Positions 1-12,329 of a stretch of 64,000 nucleotides of DNA are shown here, piece after piece. Source of the stretch: Phoronis australis (lineage: Eukaryota > Animalia > Phoronida); NCBI GenBank assembly GCA_002633005.1, contig NMRA01000177.1, forward strand, positions 325,942 to 389,941, written 5' to 3'. Both the position numbers and the translations under genes were made by a program. Under the pieces are notes generated by a model. That model searched no databases. It was given only the letters and a program-made list of their open reading frames with translations, and was not told the DNA's origin. Within the stretch, counting starts at the first letter, position 1, and each line of letters opens with the position of its first letter.

Positions 1-134
1 ATTTTTTGTAAAAAAATCTGTGTGTTTGGTGGTATTGCTGGGGGTGGGGGCTACGCGTCGGAATCATGGACGCCCTGGAATATTGGGAACCCCATTTTGG
101 ACACCCTATTTTCAAAATCCTGGATAAAGGCCTG
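1..134 (-). mobile_element. End of a hAT-like MITE (same family as 4648-5005), cut by the window edge
   Basis: Reverse complement caggcctttatccaggattttgaaaatagggtgtcc matches the left end of the 4648 element (caggggttcatccacgatttcaaaaatagggcgtc). Confidence 0.65.
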
Positions 135-1638
135 CTAGGACACAGCCTGTATATCCATGCTTGAGCCTGTTGTGCCATTCACCAACCTTAGACTCTAAAA
201 GAGGAAATCAACTATTGTTGGTATTACTTCAAATAAAAATGCAAATGCCTGGTTAGGCCCGAAAAAGAAGCATCAGTGGTTGTCGTCTGTACCAGACTCG
301 TTTTGAGACTTGTGCTCACTCAACTGCAAAACTGAAAAAAATGCCAGCCTGCATCAGTTTCAGCCAAGTTCTCGTGATTTTTGAAATTCAGCATGGAGGC
401 ATGTAAGCAAGGTTTGGAAGTCAACGATGCGGAAAATAGTATCCCGCATCATTTTGCTTGCTTAGTGGACTTTCTTTTCTTGGAAATTTGGACAATTTAA
501 AAACTAATACGGTACCACCTATTCGATTTTCAAAAAATAAAACAAACCAGAACTTACTATCTTTACACTCCGTACAGCAGTAGAAAGTGACGCAAACAAC
601 CCAGAAAGAGATCCGCATCTTGGTTTGATCTATGTCCACTTGCTGCTGAACATAATCTTAGTCGGTCATTCATCTTTGCCGATTGGGAAGTCTGGGCCGT
701 TGACGTCACTTTCTATTGTTGCAGCCAGTTATTCACGCTGAAAATGCCTGTCCAAGGTTACTGTTGGGGTTCTTTCTCGTGTGGCTATCAAATTTTATCA
801 CTAAGTGCTAGGATGTGTCATTCTCTGTGAGTAATTAGGAAACACTAATGATCAAGAATTAAGTTGATGGTTTGATTGATGGTTCATTGCACACACATGT
901 ACACAAACACACATACAGACATACGCACACACACTCGCACACACAGGCTACTCCATGTGTACAAGGCTACTTCATAAAAATGGCACTCAGTAAAATGTCT
1001 AATGTCGATAGGCATGTCAAACTGTCTCACAGTAGCAAGTTGAATGTAGTGTGGGTTTTTACTTGTTTGTTTGTTGTTTTTCCCCAGCTTTTAGTATCTG
1101 GATATAACCAATGGCATGCTTGGCGTAACTTGTTGTCTTGAGTTTGAAGTCTTATGTTTGGTTGTCGGCATGCCGCCAGCAAGAACAATATGCAATGCGA
1201 CGCTAGATGAAAATATAGAAAACATGTTCATTGGGATGAATATAATTTTTGAGATGATTCTGAAGTGTTGTGCACCCTGCGATTTGTACATGGAATTTGG
1301 TCTCAACTTAATTATTACCGAGATTTGAAGTGGTCATTAGGCTTTTAAGGAGCTGACAGCACCCTGTTATTCAGGTCTGAACTCATGAAGTTGGCCTCTA
1401 TACATCTCCACGTATGTACATCATAGGCAAAGAGTCTGTCTGCTCACAGGCTGGGAAGTAGGTTGATTCTGTCCAGTGTTGTAGGGAGTCAAATAAACGC
1501 TTTTCAATTTACTTGGCTGTACTGCTGAATAAGGGAATTTCTTTTTGTCAAATTTCTCAACAAAAGGAAACGTCGAAAAAAGGATTTCTTCGTAAGCGTG
1601 GTTTGAAGTAGACAGCTATCAGAACGAAAAAGCTTTTA

Positions 1639-2089
1639 CAAGGTACCTAAACTACACGGATAACGGACTCATAAACACGGTTACGGATGCATGAACACGC
1701 CTCACGGAACTGCAAACACCGTCCACTAACTCACAAACACGGGAACGGACTCACAGAACACGATTCATTCACCCAAATACGCGGGACACGGACTCACATG
1801 TCACGAAGAAACACGGTTAACGGACCTCAAAACACGGTTTACTGTCAAAATGTAGATGTCAGCTGACCCAGGAAGCCGATGAGTCCGTGACCCGTGTTTG
1901 GCGGTCCGTTAACCGTGTTTCCTTGTGAATATGAGTCCGTGTCCCGTGTACATGGGTGAATGGATCGTGTTTTGTGAGTCCGTTCCCTTGTTTGTGAGTC
2001 AGTGTATGGTGTTTGCAGGTCCGTGAGTCGTGTTCATGCATCCGTGACCGTGTTTATGAGTCCGTTAACCGTGTAGTTTAGGTACCTTG
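1639..2089. mobile_element. 451-bp foldback/palindromic non-autonomous DNA transposon
   Basis: Termini CAAGGTACCTAAACTACACGG / CCGTGTAGTTTAGGTACCTTG; ~200-bp imperfect inverted arms built of ACACGG/ACGGACTCA subrepeats; ~45-bp spacer; TTTTA at 1634-1638 and 2090-2094. Confidence 0.9.
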
Positions 2090-2307
2090 TTTTACATTTG
2101 TGGCATTTGAACGATGTAACCAGTGTTTCGAAATAGGAAAATTGCGATTTTGCATGTTTGTATGTGAATCTAAAGGAGATATCTCCGTATTAGGCTACTT
2201 TACTTTTGCTACTTTTCCGAGATCTTGTGAAGGTTTCATGTATTTCTAGTTTGGTGGCATCCTGTTGGGGGTTCTATTGAAATATAACAATTGCCTTTTA
2301 CTACTGC

Positions 2308-2600
2308 TAGGACCTTAGAAAATTGTCGGAAGTTGGCAAACTTCAGGACATGACATCTCAGAAATGGTTCGTGTGATTCAAATGAATCTTTCTGATACTA
2401 AGCTTTATGCACTGTTGTCGAAAGAACTGTTAGGAATTGTGTTTTAAAATGATGCTCTTTTACCCAAATTGGATTTTTATGAAAAAATCATCGTTGCATG
2501 AAACAAAAACGAAATGATAATAACATCGTTTTTGAGGTACATGAGTATCATCTTGATTATTTTTATCAAATAAAACTTTATTGAGTGATTTATTACACCA
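2308..2600 (-). mobile_element. TTAA-MITE family copy (partial)
   Basis: taggaccttagaaaattg...catctcagaaatgg...ttttatgaaaaaatc shares motifs with 45451, 48811 and 55853; boundaries approximate. Confidence 0.6.
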
Positions 2601-4340
2601 ACTGTGCACCTGTTTCTTGTGGAGAGCTGTTGTTATGGTAATTCATAACCTATTTAGCCTACAATATTGTAGACTAGTGAATTTTTATTTTGTCGAACGT
2701 ATGAACAAATGCAACTGTTTCAAAGAAAATTCTAGTTCGTTTAAAGCTTGATTTGTACTATGTAGATGTCATCAATCTCCATGGCAAATTTTGTTTGTAA
2801 CGAAATAATCGACCTTTGAAAAATGGAAAAATTATAACCTTGGCCAACATTTTCATGTGAAATAAGTTGCAATAACATCAAAACAACTTCAGGTGGGAGG
2901 TTACATACTTATGGCCTGTGTGGGATAGTCGCGATTTTACTTGATTTGATATAGCACAGTAGAGTTTTGTAGGTTAGTCAGGGACTGTAGCCAACTCTAG
3001 CCCTGTGATTTCTCTGGTGACATTCATCCCTGTAGTGCCTGTGTAGTTTAGTCTATTGTGTTGGGTTGGGCTGCCCTTTCACTGGGACTTGTTTACATAA
3101 CGCCAGTGACATAAGTGTCCCTTGTTACATGGAGCCTTGCACCCTGTTGATACACTGGGTGTGTATAAGGTATTGATGGTGGGGGGATTCAGGGCCCTGT
3201 TCAGTAGGTCCAAGATATTAACTTGCACTTTTTCGCTCATGGAAGGGAACCGGTAAATTTAAACCCATAATGCATTATTCCAACCTCACCGACCAATCAC
3301 CTTAGGAGATGCTTTTTGCTAGGTTAGGTTAGTTAGTTCCCGAGCATACTGGCTAAACACTCGCCTTGCACTCACGTGATTTTACGAGGTCTTGCGAGAT
3401 CTTGCTTTTCTGGCAATAAAGTTGGTGTTTGGGACACTTCCCTGGGTAGTGCTCCAATACTCGAGTATTTTTGTGTACATTAAAAGATATAACATTGCAA
3501 AATACAGATTGTGAATAACTAATTGAATTATAAATTAAATAAATAACGTGTATGGTACCACAGTAACACCAAAAGTTAAAACATATTTCCATGTTGATCC
3601 ATACAAAAATATTTAATTCAAGGAATGAATAATGCTTAGTATAATTATAAAAATACAATAGAAGTTCAGGCATTGTAAATGAGACAGTTTTAGTTTTCCT
3701 TTGATGTGGAACAAGATTGAAGACTGTAAGTATATGAAGTGTCGTGAATGTTGATCAATGAATAAATGAATCAATAAAATCTGAGTTATCATTGTTATGA
3801 ATAACGTTACTAGTGCTACACATCTAGTGTAGCGGGCTCAGTTCTGTTGGAAAATACGTAGTTTTGGGAGGAATAAGTGATGACACCACTGTACATGGCA
3901 TTAGGTGAAGGTCACGGTGCTCTATTTTTATAACAATTCCATATCATGCTGGTACATTTTTACCTGCTTGCATAGTCTTTGTTTTGTTTGAAATGGTTTA
4001 ATGGTTGACGAGTGAATTAGTTACGCACAAAGGTCGACAACCTGCTGGTATTACAGTCAGCGTTGTACTGAGGTCAGAAAATTTGTGTCGCAATTAGTTC
4101 ACAGTTGGTGAACGCATGTCGTTTAGGTACAGTAACATCTGAATGTAACAAACACATTGATGGTCTGCAAACATCTGCTTACAACGCCAGGTTTTTATGT
4201 AAAATTTTAGTTTTCCTCTGCATTATCAATGTTCCTTGATGAATTTTCATGAAACATGGCGCACAGGATGCTGGTTTACACGACCTGGATTTGCGCCCTG
4301 TTACAAATTTGTAGTCATTTGCAAACTGGTCCATGTAAAC

Positions 4341-4449
4341 GGGTATTAGAGATGGGTAAAGTGGATATTAGGTGTGGGTAAGGTGGGTATTAGAGATGGG
4401 TAAAGTGGGTGTTAGGGATGGTAAAGTGGGTATTAGGGATGGGTAAAGT
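4341..4449. repeat. 22-bp G-rich minisatellite, ~5 copies
   Basis: Unit gggtattagagatgggtaaagt with variants. Confidence 0.9.
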
Positions 4450-4647
4450 ATAGGTCTGTCCTGAAATAGTGCAGCACCACTTTCATTATTAACTATTTAC
4501 CCGCAATACAACACACATGTCAACCACCTGTAGCTTTTCTTCATGTACAAATGTACTAGTCACTATCTCATCTTAGTTATTATGTAATTCATCATTGTAA
4601 TGCAGGCTAACTTGTGTTATAGTATTTTGAGTACAATGCTGGACAGG

Positions 4648-5005
4648 CAGGGGTTCATCCACGATTTCAAAAATAGGGCGTCTGAAATGGGTTTCACAAT
4701 TTCTCATGGGGTCCTGATTACCAACAGGGCGCAGCAGTGTTTTTATGATTGAAGTCAAGTCTCTGTTGTAGTGTGCTGTGTCTATGCAGAGTGAAGATAT
4801 AGTTCTGCACTAAATTTTCTTGTATCTAACATTTTTTAATCATAACAGGCCAATGAGCTCCCAGAGCTGTTGCTAGCAAGTTAGAGAGACAAACGTGTGT
4901 ACTTGCTTACTTCAACTTTACTTTAGAGTGTCCAAATGTTGAAAAGAACGTCCTATCTATGGTGTCTAAATTCGTCACCATGGTCACCCTCTGTATGAAG
5001 GCCTG
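4648..5005 (+). mobile_element. hAT-like MITE, 358 bp
   Basis: CAGG...CCTG termini (11/14 inverted match); 8-bp flanks tggacagg / aggacagg (7/8 TSD). Confidence 0.7.
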
Positions 5006-8000
5006 AGGACAGGTCTTTTTCAATAATTATTGTAATGTTTTACTTTTTATATTCGATAAATATCCAAGCCGAATATTTCACTTAGTTACTTTTGTCAGAG
5101 TGCCCAGTTGCAGATTTGCATTTTGGTCAAAGTAAAGAATTGAGGTTCCTTTTTTCTCCCAAATTGGCATATTCACAAAATTGTTTTGAGTTTTAGTGTA
5201 CTGTGCCTTCTTACAAGCCTATCCCCCCCCCCCCGCACATTTTGAAATTTGATACGGTGTGATTCATTGATATACTGATTCTCCTGACTAGATCCTTTCC
5301 GAAGCAAGTTGTAGTCATGTTGGCTATTACCATTATTGGTATTAAATATTCAAATGTGGTTGACTGAAATTTGTTCCAACTAATTTTAACTTATTTCTTG
5401 TCCAGACTTTGTGTGTTGTCTGAAGCTAACATGTCCGATTGCTGTTAAAGAGACATTATTAGCAAGAAAAGGGTTTTTCTGTGATCAGCCTCTGCCCTCA
5501 TAGCAGAATCAAACCCGTAAACCCCACGGTCGTAGTCTAACCATATGCTGATGGAACTATACTTCACTTTGTAAACGGCCGAGTATTTTAAGGGTACTTG
5601 ACTGCTAAAGTCACTGGCCTCGATTTCTGTGAATGTCTGGACGACAATGGCGAAAATTGGTGATTTGTAATAAAATCACAAAAAAACAATGCATGTTGTT
5701 GTTTTGTAGTTCTGGTCACAGCAAATGACTTCAAGAAGGCTTTCTGATACAACCATAATCACAAAATGCCTTTTTTGGCAGTAAAACCCGATAATGTCCA
5801 TTTAAATAAATTAGAGACATACCTATGCAACTGTTATTGTCTGACAATTTTGTATTGATTTTTATTCTTAAAAATACTATGTCCTACTCAACTACATAGG
5901 GTAATCAAGAGAAAAAACCCGTGTTACTCGACCACGCAATCCTTGAGAAAGGAAATTGTAAGGAAACGGTTTGTAAGAAAAGAATTTCCGTGCATGAGAA
6001 AGGAAGTGCTGCTCGTTAGAAAAGAGTTCTGCTCATGAGAAAAGAATGTGGTTACCTGAACCGTACGTTCAGCCATGGCATGCTGGAAGAGATCCAGAAT
6101 AAGATCGTCCAGGATTGCACAGTGACACTTGAATCTCGCTGTATTTACCCACAATGCCGCAATACCTGTCGGACACTTTTGTATTTCGCGCCATGCACCT
6201 CAACGATTGCCAACATGATCTTTGTGAAAATCTACCTGATGTTCCAAAATTAGGTCAATAAAAACAACGCGCTTTCTCACCTCAAGGACAAAGGAGAGTT
6301 CTATTTCCGGGACTGCCCTTTTGTTTCATGAATTAGTTAAAATCTATTATCACATACATTTTTAACTCTGGTACGCACGCCATATTCATATGAAATTCAC
6401 TATCTTATTTGCGATAAAACTAATTCTAAATCATTTTGTCTGAATACTTATTGACTTGTGCTGTACATGAGAGCGCTCAAGAGAGGGCGACACTTGTGCG
6501 AAATAGAAGTGTTGAGTGAATGAAGTGTGCATTGATTTTGTAACTATGCTAGAAACAAAAACTTTTTCAACATTGCTGCTCTGAGGTTGATTCAGAAATA
6601 TCCGATAAAGGACGCTGAAACTCTGGCTAAATGATGAATGCCGCAGAAGTAATGAGGACGGGAAAGATCACAGCTAGTACATCCGGCTTATAGAGATGAA
6701 GTAGATCAACGTCATTGTCATTACCGTCATTGTCGTCAAGTGATTAAATCGATAAAGAAACCGAGGCTTGTTTGGTAGAGATCCGTCGACAGGAAGACAA
6801 AGAATGATAAGCTTATAGAAGAATAGTCGTCAGAAAATCTCCAGTGACTCAAGAACAGCAAGTCGTAGCGAGGAAGGGATGGCCACTTTTAGCCCTTGAC
6901 AAGATCTGTTCACGTACCATATTTCAAAAGGGACACTGAAAAATGGCCGCCACTTCCGTCCAATTTCAACGAGAACAATAGGCCTTGAGTTGTTGACAAG
7001 AAATGTTCTGTCGAAATTTCTCTCGCTGGTATACAGGAAATGCAACTTGTAGTGTGTGAACAAAACAAACAAACAGAAAATGACAAAACAATGATTTCAT
7101 GAATGCCAGTTGGTGACACTCATTTCAACCTTGCTCCACCGTTGCCAGCAATTGTGCGTTTGGCCCGCCTGTTAAATGCTATGCTAGTGTCTACTTGTGT
7201 CTAAAATTTGTGTGCCTATTTCAAAACGAGAGTTATACCTTGAAAGCAGGTGAACTTAATGCACTATATTCTTCCTTATAAGGGACTCTTGAGTTGTCCG
7301 TGGGCATGCTTTGGGGCGTTTGAAAATTATTGCTTTCTTCCCAGGTGAAGCTCTAGTCAGGTTGCTTATTCAAAAACCTACACTAAAAAGTTTTGGCTCT
7401 ATTCCCATCACTGCAATTATTTACGAGTGTTGGTTGAGTTCTAGTTTGAATTCAGGTTGTTAAAAATAAGTGCTTGGTGACTCAGACGGTTAATGACCAT
7501 CTCTAAATCAATAAACTGTCATTTGAACATTAAATATACACTGATACCTGGGATGGGCTATAGACAAGTATAAACAGAAATTGACCATTGTCATTATATG
7601 TGAAAACAATAGCTCTTAGTTTGGTATTTCACATAGTGGAGTTTGGACACCTACCCAAGGAATTTTTCAAAATTGAAAGTTCATTTAATGCAATTTGGTA
7701 AAATCTTATCATTTCGTCATCCAATCTGAATGTACAAAAAAACAAGCCAGAATGGGTTTTAATGGCTAGACAAGTTTTCAGAGGGAGAAAAAAAATTGCA
7801 GGATGCTAGAATTCAATCACTGCGCAATAGTCGACTGATGGAATTAAAATAGGAAAAGAGTTCTCCAGCGGCTTGTTAAGGCAGCCCGTGGAGACGGCTG
7901 AGAAATGAAAATAATGTTTCTAAGCATTAAGACTTTGCATTTATGTTGTGATACCTCAATATTGTGTACATATATGACTTACTGATGTGTGCAATCTAGT

Positions 8001-9086
8001 GATCTCCCGATTGGTCGTAGTACAATGTAAATGACCAGCATGGTGGTAGCCCCAATCTAGAATTATTGTTTTTATAGTTTGAATTTAATTGACTGTTTCC
8101 ATGGTTTTCCTGGTAGTTTCTAGTACATCTAACATTATTGTGACTAGAGTGTGATCAGGATAGAAGCAGGGGTCATCATAGGTGTTGCCTGGTATTAACA
8201 ACCAGTTATCACCGCCATCAACACCTGAGATAAGGATACCACAGAATTCTTGGGGATTTATTCTTGTACTGATTATGTGTTCTACTAATATAGTTGTTCC
8301 CCTTGGCAGACACTTCTGTAGATGAGGAGATTGTTAGTCATGTTGTGAGCTAGCTCCTAGTCAAGCCTGTGGCTGTTTTGCTCGGGAGGGAGTGTAGTGA
8401 TTTTTGGACTTGCTGAGTTGACGTGTAATGCCTGCGTATATTTGGTTGGTGTAGAGGTCATAAGATGCACTGTAATGATTGTGCTCTCAACTTTGAAGCT
8501 ACCCCTCCCCCGTTGCTTTCTTAAATCATGTAAGGCACCTGCATAAAATGAAGATGCATCTCACGAAGCAGACGTGAAGTGAACGTGAAGCAGACGACTT
8601 TGTGCTTGGACCAGCATCGCACACTGGTGATTTATGGGTAATTGTTGAAAGTTCAGGTGTATCGTAGATGTATTTAGAAATTAATCTGTTCGATGCATCT
8701 TCGAGGTGAGGCAGTGAAACACCTGCCCGTGACAAGCTGTGCGTACTGTTTCATGGATGATCGTAATGTACGGCCACAAGTGTTGAGGCAACTTTGTCAC
8801 AGAGATAATGTTCCATTGTTAGACGAACTGTGTTAATGACTGGCTACTTACCCTCATTGACGTGCTAGGTTGGTTGATAGCTCAAGGACTCGCGCGACTG
8901 GTGTATTTTACAAGACAAATCTACTGTAGTGATTATATTAGTGTCCAGTGCAGTCAAGTGGGTTTTTGCATAATATGGCCACACAGATTGTCTTCATGGA
9001 AAGCCTAGTACTTAGATGGATTTGAAGGGTAGGCTTGAACAAATGCGTATTTGTCTATTCGAGGAATGATACGGTGTGCTCACACC

Positions 9087-9453
9087 ATGGGTCAAAGTTT
9101 GGACAAAGAGAATAATAATGAAACGACTGCATTTGGGAGGGATGATAAAGCAGGTGTGTCGCGTGACCGCTCCTTCTCGGTTTTGAGCGATGGCGTGAGA
9201 TTACCGAGATTGGATCGCAAGAGGAGTAAAAGCGTGGACGATGATTTAATGTGTCAAAACACCGTAGTGTATAGGCGGTGCACCACATCTGTGTTTGACG
9301 ACAGTGACAGTGAGGATTCTCAGCATGGAGTAGTCGAGGATAATGATCGTGTTCCACTTTTGCAGACCAAATGGGATAGTTGTGGCAGTGAAAGGGATTT
9401 CCTGTCCAGTTACAAGAAAACCTGCGATAAGGACGGATTGAGTTTTAGATCAG
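9087..9453 (+). CDS. Probable alternative first coding exon MGQSLDKENNNE...KDGLSFRS (122 codons + 1 nt)
   Basis: ACCATGG Kozak context (in-frame ATG also at 9066); protein-like charged/Ser-rich composition; CAG|gtagtt phase-1 donor matches the 28283 acceptor. Confidence 0.7.
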
Positions 9454-9584
9454 GTAGTTGTTAAGGGTCTCCGATGTCCAAGTGCCGTTTCTTTGTAAAT
9501 TTTAAAGAAACAAGTGCAGTAGAATCTAAAACATATAAAGTTATTACGTAATCATTCATGCCTTACGAGAATACTAATAATTTA

Positions 9585-10006
9585 AGTCCCGTTTAGACAT
9601 CAACTTATGGCCTGGCGCAACTGACACGGAGCAAATTGATCGGTGTCAAGCGGCCGTTTACATACACAACTCACTAACTGTGGTAAGATGGAAGTTATAG
9701 GCTAGAGAGTGCACATGTGCAGGTTTACAAATGACGGGAGTTTCGGAGACAGAGAACCCGTATGTTGGTCATTGCACAGGCGCAGTAGAGATGATCCTTT
9801 TCGCCTTGCTCTAGTTTCGCGTTTAGACATATAATTGTCACGGAGCAAGATGATCGAGCGCAAATTGCTCTACCTCGCAAACGGGTGGCAAAAGTTGTCA
9901 CCGCAGTGTCAATTTGCTCCAGGTCAGTCCTGTTTACACACATACGCTAGAACATATCGTTCCGTGTCAGCTGATCGGAGTCAACTTTAGTAGTGTAAAC
10001 GGCACC
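9585..10006. mobile_element. PIF/Harbinger-like MITE
   Basis: TIRs agtcccgtttagac / gtgtaaacggcacc (11/14); TTA on both flanks; internal inverted ctgacacgga/tccgtgtcag; repeated GTTTA(C/G)A(C/T)A motifs. Confidence 0.72.
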
Positions 10007-11470
10007 TTAGTCGTGTGACTGGCTGTTTAATGTAGTGACATGTAACTAATTTCAGACTGGTGTGGTACCCTGTAGTTAGTGGTAATTTTGATTGTTTTGC
10101 CTATGATTCAATATCTACTTAGAGGCTCCTTGGGTTTAATGGCATTGCTCCCTCTAGTGGAGCTGTTTATAATGATCATCCATTGCATCTATGTTGTATG
10201 CGATGCATGCAGTGGACGCATATCAACGCTTTTGTTTATTCGAATATTGCAACTCAGTATGCAGCAATAAAATATTATTTGCATGAGTGACAAACGTCAA
10301 CAAATTTTAACATGAAGCAGTGATTACCACAGCAGCACTGTAAACCTGTGGGCCAAGTGTCCTTCAGATGCGCAGCATTGTGGGTAAATACAGCAGAAGC
10401 ATAGGTGGCGCTGCTGTATTCCTTGAAGTGGCTAGGAGTCTTTTAGAGTGCTAAAACAATGCGAAGTAAGAAGAATTTCTTCCGCTGACTCTGCCTTTTT
10501 GTTTCCAGTTGCCGTCCAAGTAACACAGTCAATGGCGATCTTTGTTTTTGTTTACATGATTCATTTCAGAGGCTGTTTTAGCAAAAAGCTGTCTGTGTTG
10601 GACTGGGTCTTGCTTTTTGTTGACGTAAAAGTGTCTGAATTTGACCTCTGCCCTCCTTGTATGTTCTGACAACCTGCTGAGTGGCCGTTGCTCCTAAATC
10701 TATTAGACAAACATGTGCATTTCTATCTGGTTTATTCCTGAAAAGGTTGTCAGGTTCTTTATCTTAAGTAGCTATATAGTGTATACAAACAAATATCCAG
10801 AGTTATGGGATGCACTCATGACTTGTGCCACACCTATTACAAAGTGTGACGTGATATGTTGATTATTAGTGGAAAGTGACATTTTAAGGTCATATTTTAG
10901 TGGCCATTTCCCTGTTATAGGTAAAAAACAAGATGATAAGTTTTGGTTAGTAGTGTAAAGAAAAGGGTTGTTTTCAGTTGCATAAGTAAAATGAATGCAT
11001 GTAAGACTTACTAGCCAAAGTATTGTGTCGAGAACTTTGGGTTTCTTCCAGCAGTATGAGGAGTTGATTCGATTTCCTACAGTTGAGGTCAAGAATTGAA
11101 ATCACTATTTAAAGGACTCAGTGAAGTCATCATTTTGACATCGCAGTGAAGTTCTGTAAGTCATAAACTAAAGAAACTGGTCACTTTCTGTGGACAAAGG
11201 TCCTATTTGTAATGGCAATAAGTATTTTCTTCTTCTACAATTACACTTGGAAAGACGTTGGAAAGTTGTTGTTTAGCCAATTGTCCTTTCTTGCTGAGGT
11301 CTTTCTGCTCTGATTGACCTCCAAAGTTTATTATGTTCAATACACTAAATAGCTACAAAAATGTTAGTTTGTATGTGTTTTAACTGCTTTTATTTTGCAT
11401 TGGGTGATTTGTAGAAGCCGCAGACATCTTTCTCCAGGGGGTGAGAAAACTACATAGGTCAGGGCAAGAT

Positions 11471-11500
11471 ACCCACCCACCCACCCACCCACCCACCCAC
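11471..11500. repeat. (ACCC)7 microsatellite
   Basis: Direct reading. Confidence 0.95.
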
Positions 11501-12057
11501 GTTAGTACCCCATCGCCATCAGTCTATTAAGTGGGAGGGCCACCTAGAGTTTTTCTTGTTTACTGCATTATCTACTCGCAACATCTGTTACTAATATGGT
11601 AGTTATTGCTGGTAATCAGCCTTATTTTAATGCAAATTCGAATTATGAATCTGTCGGAACTAACTTTTAATTATGTTGTCATTTCTTGTCCACATTTTTA
11701 CGGTATTCGTTTTTGTTGGGGTTACCTTTCCCGTGTTCTGGCTTCTTACTTGTTGCCTAACTCTCATACTTATGTATTGTGTCCATTTAACTACACTTTC
11801 TGTTTCAGTCAAATGTTTGAAGGACAAAATAGGAACGAAATTCAGAGCGAGTACCATTCATGACACTGAAATTCTAAGAACCATTCTGTAACCAAGGTGT
11901 AAAACTTTTGTATTGCAAAATAAACTGACGATGGTTATTAACTTCTTGGGGAAGTGGACAAATTTTGAACAAATATGCACAATTAATATGCACGAGTTTT
12001 GTCAGGTGTGTGAGATTATTTTAGATATTAAAAGTAAAACTAGGGAGTAAAGCCTGC

Positions 12058-12329
12058 TAAAGCTAAGACACGTGCATGCCTAAAACCATACGATATGGCA
12101 ATGCATTTTTGTGGGTGTTTCGCATCGTTATGTCGCATAGAAAGACATAGCATTGTACTGTTCATGACACGTGCGTGCATTGTCAATGCATTGTCAATCT
12201 GTTGACGTGACATTATGCTGGACAAAATATCTGTATAGAAATGCATTGTTTGTGACAAACGCATACGCGTTATTGGAACGAAGACGCATTGTCAGCTGGC
12301 ATGTTAAGCGCGCATGTGTCTTTAGTTTA
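12058..12329. mobile_element. Degenerate palindromic MITE
   Basis: Inverted ends taaagctaagacacgtgcatgcctaa / ttaagcgcgcatgtgtctttagttta; interior rich in GCAT/ATGC subrepeats. Confidence 0.55.

Noticed and set aside
1639-2089. Subrepeats that might look like a CRISPR array (also 4341 and 48170)
   Set aside because: No constant repeat with unique spacers, no cas genes, eukaryotic context.
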